Source: Octopus bimaculoides (Eukaryota). From it: 53,962 nt of DNA. The notes under the pieces were generated by a model, which saw only the letters and a program-made list of their open reading frames with translations, searched no databases and was not told the DNA's origin. The stretch is from contig NC_068982.1 in assembly GCF_001194135.2 (NCBI RefSeq), positions 69,568,543 to 69,622,504 on the forward strand. Direction: 5' to 3'. A program made the position numbers and the translations under genes. This document shows positions 23,787-35,329 of the stretch, one piece after another. The number at the start of each line of letters is the position of its first letter. Within the stretch, counting starts at the first letter, position 1.

Positions 23787-23933
23787 GGCTAATGCAGTTT
23801 CGCATCTCTCCTTGAGAAATGCATTAAAAAAAAATTGCATATTCGTAATCTCCGACATCTAAAACGTAGGAATCTGAAAAAAGAAAAAAAATTTAATGCA
23901 CTTTTCAAGGAGAGGTGCGAAACTGCATTAGCC
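23787..23933. repeat. MITE-like inverted repeat with 42-bp arms
   Basis: ggctaatgcagtttcgcatctctccttgagaaatgcattaaa versus the reverse complement of 23892-23933, about 3 mismatches. Confidence 0.85.
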
Positions 23934-23946
23934 TCTTACAGATTTC

Positions 23947-24064
23947 GGTAAATTTTCAGATTAACACCCGCACGATTTTCACTAGGGTGTTAGGGTTAGG
24001 GACGGAATTCCCTAACTCTAACACCCTAGTGAAAATCTTGCGGGTGTTAATCTGAAAATTTACC
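23947..24064. repeat. Palindromic element with 56-bp arms and telomeric repeats flanking the loop
   Basis: Arms 23947-24002 and 24009-24064 differ at 2 positions; ...gttagggttaggga-cggaat-tccctaactctaac... Confidence 0.9.
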
Positions 24065-25005
24065 CAAATTTCTGTCCCTACCCCCCGACTTTGGATAATC
24101 ATAACTTTCAGAAAAATGGATATTTTTTTAATGAAATTTTCAACGAATATGTGTTATATCATATCGATTCCGAATATAGAAAGTTTTTTTTGGGGGGGGG
24201 GAGATTCACCGGAGTTCACTTCAATTCATCTTAACTTTGAAGAAAGTGGATGTTTTTTTAATGAAGTCATCTACAAATATACCTTGACTATGTAGACTCC
24301 GAGGACATGGGAATTTTGGAGGAAAACAATTGGGGGTTATTTTTGAGAACTGTTCCCCATTCGGAGTTGTTTCGGAACAAGTTGTCCACATTTGTTTCAT
24401 TTAGGAAAGTGATTTAATCAAACGATTTGGGCCAATTAAGAAAGAATTGGAAGTGCATTGTCACCAACGGTGTAGAGCCTGTTATATCCCCATTAGCATC
24501 TGTTGTATAACAGATACTGATGGGGATAGATCAGTAATTCAACGACAAGACTATCTCCTGTATGTTGTGTCCAGAATCGTGAAACTTCTCAAGTGCCTGT
24601 CCATTTACCACGGGTGGATTTCGTATAGCAATACGTTATGTGATTTTTGGGTCCATCAGATCCTGACAAACCATGCAACCCATGCCAGCATGGAACAAGG
24701 ATATTAAATCATGAAGATAAGTTTATAAGCAGAGATAGCTTTGTACAATATCCTGTTCTGTTAACTTCTAGGGTTTAGTTTGTATATCAGAGACAGGAAT
24801 GGTTTCTACTAAACTGACTCACCTAGATATTGCATGAAGTCTTTTGGGATATCTGAACAGCCTATAGGATTATGGTTATTAACTATTTTATACCCTTTTA
24901 TTTGAACAATTTTCTGGAATAATCGTCATTGCAGCCGAGATTGTGAGTAACTGAGCTTCAGTAATCTTGCTGTTAACCGTACCATTTACAAAAGAAATTC
25001 CAAAG

Positions 25006-25073
25006 GGTTGCTTTGTCCAATGGTAGAGCACCTGTCACATTTACAAACCTGGTTTCATGTCCCACAAGTAGCC
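25006..25073 (+). pseudogene. tRNA-like decayed sequence (tRNA pseudogene or SINE head)
   Basis: Possible 7-bp acceptor stem ggttgct/agtagcc, A-box-like aatggtagagca, degenerate T-loop ggtttcatgtccc; D and T stems imperfect. Confidence 0.3.
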
Positions 25074-27834
25074 TTCAACTTTTTCTACCAATATTTACGT
25101 GGTATTATAGATTTATGTACTTCAAGTTCCACCATTGAAAACAATTATTTGATGGTTGGGTTTGTAAAAGATTTTAAAGTTGAATACAATTTGATAAACT
25201 AGTAGCTTTTAGAAATTATTATTGGTATTCAACATTGTGATCTATTATTATGAGAATTTTTAAGGCTGTGGTGACCTGGCAGAATCATGAGCATATCAAA
25301 GTACTTCTGATCATAAGATGATTGTGGTTTCTCTTTCTTAGCAAAACATTTGCTCAAGTTTCAAGTGTGGTGGGTGTGGGTTTATGTCTACATATGGGTG
25401 CGTGGATGTGGTTGGGTGTTAGTGTCTCTTTATTTTGTCATCACATTTTTGTAAAATGAGGTTCACTGTCATACAGGTGGGCCGTAGAAAAATATTATCT
25501 TATCTAGGAACAGGTGAAGGCTTGCAACAGGAAGGGTATCTGACAATATCTCAACATAATCCTATTAAAATTTCATGTTAATTTATTTTCTGAAATTTTT
25601 CATTGTATTCAAATTAATAGAAACAGCAACAGAATTTTCACTGTTCTATGTGTACTCCATGTAGCAGACAGCTGCATGTATTAGCAAGTTGTTTTGTCTG
25701 GTTGTGGGATAACTTCAACTGAGAAAACACATGGCTGAAACATTAGTGTCTCAGTCCTCTTACATCGTTGTATCATGTTATAAATACACATACCTAAATG
25801 GAAAAAGCATTCACTGGTGGTGAAAAATGATAGTGGTCAGATATTTAACATTCAAATCTGTCAAAATGGGTTGTTGAATAGATATGTTACTGCTTGGATC
25901 CTCTCAATGCTATATGCTCCTCATGAATTATTAAAGGCAGAAGACTTGAACAGAAATATGGTTTTTTTAAAAATGGGATTAGTGTGTGTATGCTAGTATG
26001 GAACATGGACATTAAATGATTTAAATGATGATATATGTAAACACACACATGTACAAAAACGTGACATTTGAAACTTGTTTTGTTGACCCAAATGGTAGTA
26101 TTATGTTCTTTGTAACTAGTCTTCCATTGTTCTCATGAATCTAATCAATTCAATTGTTAGTAAAAATACAGTGTTTAATGCCTTGGTCTATCCTACCTAT
26201 TAAAATTCTCTTGCCAAGATCTTATCACACCCTATTTACCTAATATGCTGAATATGTATGTGCACTTAGAACTAAATTATGAAATACTAAAGCTGACTGT
26301 AGTCTAGGGCTTCATGAAAATTGTTTATATATTTTTTTTTAGTTTATCTAAATGAGTGCTTATAGCCGATTAGAATACTAACCATGTATTATGGCATCCT
26401 GTTACTGAATTACTACAAATCAGGATAATTATTGTTATTCCTGTAGTTTGTTACTTGAATGTTGTTAAGCATGGCTGATAGTACAACTATGATCTCTCTT
26501 AATAGAAACAGATTTTCTTGGTATTGACTACAGTTTGGGGATTGGACCTTCTCTGTGATACCTTATGAAATATTTTGGTAGAGAGAAGCAACAGGAAGCC
26601 CATCATGTATATCATCATCATTGTTTTAACATATACTTTTCCATCTTACAAAGGTTGGATGGAGTTTATCGGGTCAGATTTTCTGTGGCTGAATTCCCTC
26701 CTGTCACCAACACTTACCTGTTTCCAGGCAAGGTAATGTTGCCCCATGGCCAGACATGTTATTGTAGAATATTGGAAATGGATGACACTGTATGACTTTC
26801 ATGCAATGTCAACCCAAAGACACACGTGCACACATATATGACATGCCTTTTTCAGTTTCCACCTACCAAATCCACTAACAGAGATTGGCCTGAGATTATG
26901 GTGCGAAACACTGGCCCAAGGTGCCATGCAATGGGACTCCACCTAAAACTATGTGGTTTGGAAGCAAAGTTCTTAAACACACAACCACACCTACACTTGT
27001 GTGTGTATATTTAATGTGTATGTTAGTGCATGAATGTTTATAATTTCAAATGTGTCATTACTTGAGTTAGCTGGTGATATTGACATTTTGACCAGTTGCT
27101 TTGAGCTTTCATAGACTTCTAGAATATTAAAAAAAAAAATCCATTTCCCAAAAGCAGGTAAGGATTGACAGCGGGTAGTGCATCCAGTTACCTCAAAATA
27201 ATTCCCTATCCAAACCCATTCTGTCATGGAAAATTAGATGTTAAACAAAGGAGCATAATTAACTTAAAAGGATTGGGTGTTTAGTTGAGCCGATTACATT
27301 TTTGGTTGTGTATCCAAAAGTTGAGGCTCTGTGCTTGCTCCTGGTCCGAGTCATTTAGATTGCACCCAAGCAGTTATTTTTATTTTTTAAATTTTTTTTC
27401 TTGTTCCTTAGTTCTTTCATGAAGTTGAAGTATTTTAATAAAAGATAAACTGAGCTTTTTATTACTGTTATTAAGACTGTGAGCAGGAAGAATAGTGTGG
27501 TAGTCAAAATGCTTAGCAGCATTTCTTCTGACATTTTTACTTTCTGAGTTCAAATCTCACTGAGGCCTTTCCTCTTTTCGGGGTCAATTTAATAAAGTAC
27601 CAGTCAAGTACTGGAGTTGATGTTATCAACTAGTTTCAGGCCTTGTGCCTAATGTGGGAAGGATTATAATTATATTAATGTATTATGATGATGGTTTAGC
27701 AGAATCATTTGAACATCAGAGAAAATGCTTTGCCATATTTTTTTATGATTTCTTACATTCTGAGTTTAAATTATGTCAGTCAGCTTTATCTTTCATTTCA
27801 GAGAATAAGATTAAATACCAAGCAAGTACTGTCA

Positions 27835-28030
27835 CCATTATCATCATCATTTAACATCTATGTTCTATACTGGCTTGGATTGGATGGTTTGGCAGGATCT
27901 GATGGGTCAGTTGGTCACATCCTATTCCAGCGTCTACTTTGGCACCGTTTATATGACTAGATGTCCTTCCTAATGCCAACCACTTTACAGCGTGTACTAC
28001 GTACTTTTTTTTATGCCATTGGCTCTAGTG
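27835..28030 (-). mobile_element. RTE-type 3' tail copy in the intron (other copies at about 12590-12750, 24590-24715, 40040-40250 plus; 47815-47900 minus)
   Basis: tcatcatcatttaacatc...ggattggatggtttggcagg...cctaatgccaaccactttacag, reverse complement of the family tail. Confidence 0.7.
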
Positions 28031-28271
28031 AGAATGCCATGCAGCCAGTAAGGCCACAAAGCTTAGGATGGCATTTTCTGAGATGAGGGATTAATGTATG
28101 AAAGAAGGGATGGGGGAAGAATGATAAGGAGGTTCTTGTAGAACAGTTGTATGGTTACTCACATTTAGAAGAGTGGGAATAATGCCCTTTCCTCCCTGCT
28201 CAAAATTGCTGTCCTTGCACCTAGATGAAAAACATTAATCATTTTTTTGTTTTGTTTTCTTTTCTTTTCAG

Positions 28272-28379
28272 GATAATTTCTCTGACTTTTTCCCTGAACA
28301 AGTCCAAGAAGACAGATTGTGGAGAGGATTCGTATTTGCAGCATTTGGTCTTGGTGCATTGGTCATTGCTACCCAGTGA
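28272..28379 (+). CDS. Bcl-2 family gene, coding exon 2 (DNFSDFFPEQVQEDRLWRGFVFAAFGLGALVIATQ*)
   Basis: Long polypyrimidine acceptor ttttgttttgttttcttttcttttcag|GAT. Phase 0 completes BH2 (GGW-DNFSDFF) and is followed by a hydrophobic tail anchor and TGA at 28377-28379. Not in the ORF track because it has no ATG. Confidence 0.92.
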   Translation, partial: DNFSDFFPEQVQEDRLWRGFVFAAFGLGALVIATQ

Positions 28380-28450
28380 AACAAAAGTTAACTCTATTTG
28401 TGTTCTCTTTAAAGATATATTTTTGTGAAAAACCTGTTTCAGCATTATAC

Positions 28451-28456
28451 AATAAA
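28451..28456 (+). terminator. Candidate polyadenylation signal
   Basis: First AATAAA 72 nt after the stop codon; usage unproven. Confidence 0.4.
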
Positions 28457-29913
28457 GTCTTTTTAATAACAGCTAAGGATGAATTTTTTTTTTAAATACT
28501 TTAGTTGTAAAGCTCACTCTCCTCCTCATACCTATTTATTTATGTATTGTAAATCTTCTTTCTTAAATTTCTCCCAAACCATAAATTCCTGGTGATATAA
28601 TTAATATATTACCTCAAGAGTTAAATTTAAATATATCTTATTCAACACAATAGATGTTTCTTATAACTCAGTGATCATCTCTGATCAAAAAGTCTTATGG
28701 CACACAGGTAGCTAGCCACATTACTTGGTATGGGCCACAGATTCTGTTGCTCCAGTTTTACCATGTCTCTACCTGACAGATAGAGCCACTTCATACTGCA
28801 CACTGACCTGTAGTGATGGGTTGTATGGCATTTTCTGTTGGTATGTTTCATGTTCTGTCCAGGCCTACAAATTATGTAGCCTTGGGACAGTTGTGAACGA
28901 ACAGACTGAAGACCAGGCATTACAGGCTTCACCATTCCATTTTTTTTTCTTTTTCTGATTCTAAAATATCTGTTGTGATCTTTCTTTTAGCCCTTTAGCA
29001 TTCACAGATTTCTCAGTAAAATGTAATGCTTATTTATTCACATTGTTTTGAATTAATCATGCATTCTCATAACTTTGAGATTTTAATGATGTGATTGTCT
29101 AATTTTAGAATGGCATTATAGACTAGGTTTGAGAGGCTTGATCTAGCCAGTTTAAAGCAGATATGGCCTATTTAAAAACTAGAGTTGAAATGGTTTAGTA
29201 GAGTGACACTTAGGGGAAATCTAAACATCTAACCATTTTTTTTTCTCTTCCCCTATCCACAAAAGAATTTTACATAGTTTTATCTATCATTTTAGATTTT
29301 CCTAAGCAATTTCTGTTACATTGTTATTTTATTAACTTGCTTAGTAAAACATGATCTGATATTATTTTCGCCAGCTTTTTCCAAGTTTTCGCAGCATTAG
29401 GTCGTGCTTTTAGAAAAGCAAAAATCAATATGTAAGATCTGAGTATTTAGTAGGTTATTATTTATAGATTAAGAAAATGCTTGTCTCTATATAATCTTGT
29501 GATTGGTAAGCCTTGCCTCTTTCTGCTGGTGGCTGGATGTGTGATGCTCATACACTTTTGCACCAGAAGGGATGTCATTGTTTATGTCGTACAGTGTAAA
29601 TAACAACACTTTGCTTATATCTTCTCCCACTGTCATAATTGTAGGCTGTGATTCCAATATAAAGTGTAAATATATAAATATATTACATGTATGCATATGC
29701 TAGCCTTTTAGGTTTTTAATGCCAAAGATGAAGATTCCAGAAAATGAAGGGTTTTTTTTTTAATTGTGAATCAAAAATTGTTTCTATGAAAAATATTTCA
29801 AGTGACATTAAATTTTATTATAAACATTGTTTCCTAATTATCCAGAAGTACATATATATATATATATACATATATATATATGTGTGTGTGTGTGTGTGTA
29901 TGTATGACTTACA

Positions 29914-29984
29914 CAGGGTGGCTCATAAAAAGCTTTATCATCATGTACATATTATATAAATAGACCCATTTATAATCCACCCAG
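29914..29984. mobile_element. Tiny Tc1/mariner-like MITE
   Basis: cagggtggctcataaa versus the reverse complement of tttataatccacccag; TA on the right side. Confidence 0.45.
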
Positions 29985-30289
29985 TATGTAGACAGTGTTA
30001 TGTATAACAGTGACCTCCCTTGTGGTGCGGAAGTGTACGAACAACAGATGTGTTTCATAAAGTCTCGTTCCGGGCTGTGATGCACATCGGTAGTTGCTGT
30101 TATAGAAATTGTATGAATGTCTATATTCAGTATTTTTTTTCTTTTTTGTCATATCAATAAATTAAAACCATTTTTAGTAAAATGCTTTTGGTCTCTTTCT
30201 TTTTGTCTATTTTTTAATAATTATTTTTTTATCTTAAATGAACTTTATTAATAACACTGTGTAACACTATTTTTGTCCTTGGGTAGCAA

Positions 30290-30790
30290 CTGTTAGTACC
30301 CTGTGTGCATGAGCGAAAGTAAGGTTTTGTAATCACTTGTCTTTGTCTGTGTGTGTGGAAAATGGCTGAATGAATTTTCACCAAATTATACAGAAATTCT
30401 CATTGGGTGAGTGGCTGGAGGTGATGAAAATTTGGTTGTGTGTACAGTGATGGATTTGAGGAATGCATTTGTTTATGAATTCATTTCTTAAAATTTCACC
30501 GGAGTATAAATACCTATAATGGTGAAACGCTTCTCAAATTCAATGCAATGTTTTCTATAAGTATTTCGTTTTGTTCACTTTCTTTTTCATATGAATCGAC
30601 CCTCATCTATGTATAGATCAGGGTATATCTATGCACATAGACACGTGTGGGTGGATACATGCATGCATACATATGCAACTGTGTGTGTGTGTACAGTGAT
30701 GAATTTGAGGGTTCCATTTACTTACAAGTTGATTTAATTTCACCAGATTATATATAATGGTGATACTTAATTTCACCAGAGTATCTATAA
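30290..30790 (+). mobile_element. Possible Helentron-associated (HINE/DINE-1-like) non-autonomous element, decayed
   Basis: ttagtaccc start, short tgtc/tgtg microsatellite, aaaatggctgaatgaattttcaccaaatt block, internal duplication of gtacagtgat.gatttgagg; similarity recalled, not aligned. Confidence 0.35.
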
Positions 30791-31506
30791 AAAAAAAAAA
30801 ATCAGTTCAATTAGAAAGCATAGGTAAGGAACACATTGTAAGCCACACTATATGTGCACAGGGTATGTGCCACCCCTCTGATGCCTTTTTTTTTTTTTTC
30901 ATTTCCTATTTACTTACTCCTAGAAAGTGTGAAAAATGGCTGATATTTCCTTCAAACTTTGCTTTTGTTACATTTATTCAAAACCCAGAGAATCCTTCCC
31001 AACATGTGGCTATGATGATGCTTCCCCACTGCTCATGGTCAGAGATGCACATATTGTCAGCCACTGAGGACATGCTCAAGTGGTTAAAGTCAAGCAAATA
31101 TATAGTATTGAGCAGAATATTTGCTACAACAATATTTCTGCTTCAGTGATTCAGTGCTGAATTTGCCTGAAGTGTAATGGAAAAATAGGTCAGTTTCAAA
31201 ACATTGATGTCCAACTCACAAAAGCAAGGTTTGAAGGAAATAGTTGTCATTTCCTTTGATTTCTAGGTAGGAAGGAATAGGAAATAACACTTACTGACAA
31301 ATGACGAAATTAAAGTTTTGTTACAGTGTAATAGTTTTATTGGGAAACAAAGTGTGTGTGTGTGTATGTGGTAAAACCCAGTTCACAAACTCCAGCTGTA
31401 ATGAACCAGATTTGTTTGGTGTGTCTATTGCAAAGTGTTAAAAAATACTCTCAGTGATCATGTCAAAAATGTGACAGGACTTTCTTTCCAGCCTAATAGT
31501 AATATA

Positions 31507-32643
31507 TGAGGGTTGGCTAAAAAGTTTATAGGCTGACCAAGATGCTCTCAATGGGACCAAATGAGGTTTATTTTTCAACATAGTCACCCTTGTGGTCCAC
31601 ACACTTCTTCCATCGGTGTTGCAGTGCTTGGATCCCATGGGTGAAGAAAGCTTTCATACTGTTGGTCAAAAAAGTCATCAGTAGCAAATAGGATGTCTTC
31701 ATTGCTGTGATACTTGTTCCCAACTTTGATTTTTCATGTTGGGGAAAAATATGGAGAATTTTTCATGTGGGGCAAAAGCTGAAGAATCAGTTCAAATCCA
31801 CAGTCATGCACAGAATCCATTGAAACTAAGGACTTGTGTGCTGGAACATTGTCCTCATAAATCAAGACCCCTTTCATAAGTTTTCCTGGGTGTTTGGTCT
31901 TGGTAGTCTTTCAAAACTGTGCTAGCAGTGGCCCTTTTGAAGATAGTCAATAAACAATCCCTTTTGCAAAAAAAAAAACGGGCTATCACCTTCCCTGCAA
32001 TTGAAATGATCTTGGCTGTTTTCAGAGCTAGTGAGGAGGGGTGTTTCCACCACGTGTATTGTCTCAACCTGGGATTAGTGATGAATCCAACACTCATCCA
32101 GGTTAAGAAATGTTCAGGCAAACCAACTGGATCTGCTTCAAACAATATCAGATTTTCCCATGATGTGTTCAATTTGGTGTGCTTTTGATTAGGTGTTAGA
32201 AGACGTGGCACCCATCAAGCAGAAACCATCGTCATATCCAGTTCATTGTGCAGAATATTCTCAATTGTCATGGGATAAACTAATAGCATTGTTTTCATTA
32301 GTGGTGGCAGTTGCAGGACGTCCAGACCTTGGGTCATTTTCGAGACTCTCCCTTCATCTCCTAAATTCAGCTCCTCACTTTTGCACTGTTGATAAAGCTT
32401 GAGCAGAGCGAAATTCTTTTTCTGCAGGTACTTGATAATACCACCATGGCAAATTTTGTCGCTCCTCCCATCCCAAGAGAAGTCGCTATACTAGTTACTT
32501 TTGATGTCTTCTTTGAACAATCAGATGTCAGTTTTCCCTGAAAATGCAGTTATTAAGAAGCACTGAAATTAATACATGCAAGTTTTTACATTTCTAGCAT
32601 CACTCCTTCATAGCCAGTCTATGAACTTTTCAGCTTTCCCTCG
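31507..32643 (-). mobile_element. Decayed mariner (SETMAR/Hsmar-like) element
   Basis: TIRs tgagggttggctaaaaagtttataggctg / cagtctatgaacttttcagctttccctcg, TA on the left. Minus-strand transposase remnants (MPRLLTPNQK, WKHPSSLALKTAKIISIAGKVIA). Confidence 0.85.
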
Positions 32644-33054
32644 GAATATAATTTGAAGTTAAAGTAATTATAAATTGAAAGTGGTCTTCGCATACACAAA
32701 TTCAAAACATGTTTTGTTTAATAACACCAGCTATACTTGAGACGATCAATAAATATTGACTATAAAAATAGATTTAAAAACACATTACTTTCAAGCTTTA
32801 AACATATATAGAATTACGAATGAAAATGTCAGTTATTGAATTTCATTGTATATTATTATTATTATTATTATTAAACTAAGGTATATTTAAAAACATTTGA
32901 TCCAACCCACTTTTCTTTCAAGTTTTTCAAAAAAATTTTGCATATCTAATGTAATGTAATATTAAATATTCGTTTAGTTTGTCTCGTAAGTTCTTGAAAA
33001 TTTTAATTGTTAAAAACTGTTAATCCAAGAAAAGGTTAAAAAAAACAAAAACAA

Positions 33055-33375
33055 GCAAATGTGTGGTTGTGCTGCTCGCTTTGCAAACCACATGGTTTCG
33101 AATTCAGTCTCACTGCACGGCACCTTGGACAAATGCTTTCTACTATAGCCGCGTGTCGACGAGTACTTTGTGTGTGAATTATGTGGAAACCTGTCGTATG
33201 TCAAATGTGTGTTAGTGACCCTCACGGGTGTTAGTTTATTTATGTCCCCGTATTTTAGCCTTTCAGCAAAAGAAACGATACAAAAATACCAAACTTTAAA
33301 ATATGTACGTGGGCGACTTGTCCGACTGAAGGCGATGTCCCAGCATGGCCGTAGTCCCAGGACTCAAACAAATAA
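33055..33375 (+). mobile_element. SINE family A, CpG-retaining copy
   Basis: gtttcgaattcagtctcactgcacggcaccttggacaa...ccagcatggccgtagtcc. Confidence 0.7.
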
Positions 33376-33860
33376 AATATATAATGAATGTCCATTCATT
33401 CTACTAATAATATACGCTTGTCTATCGACTTAACAAGTCTCTTACAATGAATAAAGTATTATTTTATTAGGTCGGCATCAATGAGATAAATTACATAACA
33501 ATGGGTTAAACATTAACTTAACAATGTACTTCCCTACTTAATAATAATAAAAAAGAATTAAACTATTTGATGCGGTTAGTCTCACGCTGAAACTTCTACT
33601 TACTGTACTTTTATTTTCTCTCCCTCTTACATAAAAAAAAAAGAAAGAAGCCATTATCTGGTGCTCCAGTATGGCCACAGCCTCTGGCTGAAACTTTTAT
33701 TTATCAATGTACATCTATTTTCTCTCCCCACCACTTAAAAAAGAAACCATTGTTTGGTGCTCCAGTGAGGTGACAACCTCTGGATGAAACCCCTAAAAGT
33801 TTCCGCCATGCTGGAACAACAAAGAACGGTTTAATTATTTGAATTAAGTACCAATACTTT

Positions 33861-34043
33861 GTACTACTAAAGCAGCGCGTACCCGAACGCGCAGTCGCGC
33901 GTCCGCGCTAGTTAGTCGTCAGTGGTCGATCCTAACCCTAACCCTAAACACATTCATTTGCACACGCGGGTTAGGGTTAGGATCGACCACTCAAGACTAG
34001 CTAGCGCGACTGCGCGTTCGGGTCCGCGCTGCTTTAGTAGTAC
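33861..34043. repeat. CpG-rich palindromic element with telomeric repeats
   Basis: Arms 33861-33944 and 33968-34043 (8-bp indel, a few mismatches); cctaaccctaaccc...gggttagggttagg around a 23-nt loop. Confidence 0.9.
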
Positions 34044-34981
34044 CCCAATACTTTTTTTTAAAAATAAGTACTGGGGTCGTATCAGCCGACTAAAACTCTT
34101 TAACGCGGTGCTCCAGCATGGCGTGAAACGAGTAGAAAATAAACAGAAAGATGTGTGCGCGTGTATAACGATTGTACTGAAAGTAAATAAACAATCTAGG
34201 TTATCTAAAATATTCACTGATGTCCTTGAGAGTTGTTTACGTTGGAAGAGACGGTGAAATCTCTCTATCAGCCAGCACACACACACAGCGCGATTTCTTT
34301 CTGTTTCATAACCTACTGAAAATCACTTATGATATTCAACCTGGTTTCTCTTCACCTATTCAGTGGCATGATTAGCAGGCTTACTACATTCTCTGTTGGA
34401 AGTTATTTTTGAGATTTTGTTTGTTTGTTTCTTTTTTTGTCTGTTTAACTTATTAAGTACCTTTTAAGCTGTTACTCTTTTCTTTTAGTTTTTTTTTGTA
34501 CTATAAAATTTAAAATGTTTAGCTTCTCATTCTGATTGGTGCAAACTAACTCTATCAACATACATAGACACAAATATACATACCTATTTATATTGTGGAG
34601 TAGCTAAATTGATTTCAGTACTAGGAACATTTTTGTTTCTATAACCGCTATGTGAAGTAATTAGAGCTACTCCCTGCAAAATAATCGCGATGTGAAGGAA
34701 ATATTGATAGTCATATATGAAATAAAACGAAATACTGATAGTCATATCTGACCAATGCGTGGGCGGCAAGCGGGCAAAATCGTTAGCGCGTCGAACAAAA
34801 TGCTTAGCAGCATTCCTTACGTTGAGTTCACATATCGCCGAGATCAACTTGGATCTATTTCAAAACGGGGGCACCAGTATTTTCTTAACGAAACACTTTG
34901 AAACTTGGGACACTGGTAGAATGTGTCATATAAAACATCTTTTACTCTTAGTCTTCTTAACAAAAAAACGTACATCGCAAG

Positions 34982-35329
34982 TTATTCCATGTTAAAGTTG
35001 TCGTATTTCTGTAATTTCAACCAATCACTGACGTTTATTCAGCTGAATAGAGTTACTGCTGGGCGGTCATAAAAATGTTATTCCCTGTGACATATTTCAT
35101 CCGGTTTAATCGTAATTTATACGCATATATTGTTTATATAATAAATTACGCTGTGTAACAATTTTAGAGTTCGGATTCTAGTTTTAGGGTTAGGGTTAAC
35201 AGTCTAGTTAGAGTTAGGGTTAGGGGATTAATACGATATACACCGTTACAGCGCTAACTGTTTTTAACTGAATAGACGTCAGTGATTAGTAGAAATTATC
35301 GAAATAGGACAATTTTTTACATGAAATAA
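34982..35329. mobile_element. TIR element with about 85-bp degenerate TIRs and internal TTAGGG tracts
   Basis: ttattccatgttaaagttgtcgtatttc..ccaatcactgacgt..attcag mirrored at the right end; ttagggttagggtt at 35184 and ttagggttagggg at 35214. Confidence 0.7.

Larger units (their letters stand above)
21781..28271 (+). other. 6491-bp GT-AG intron of the Bcl-2-family gene
   Basis: gtaaat donor at 21781, cag acceptor ending 28271; joining the exons gives a continuous 218-aa protein. Confidence 0.9.
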
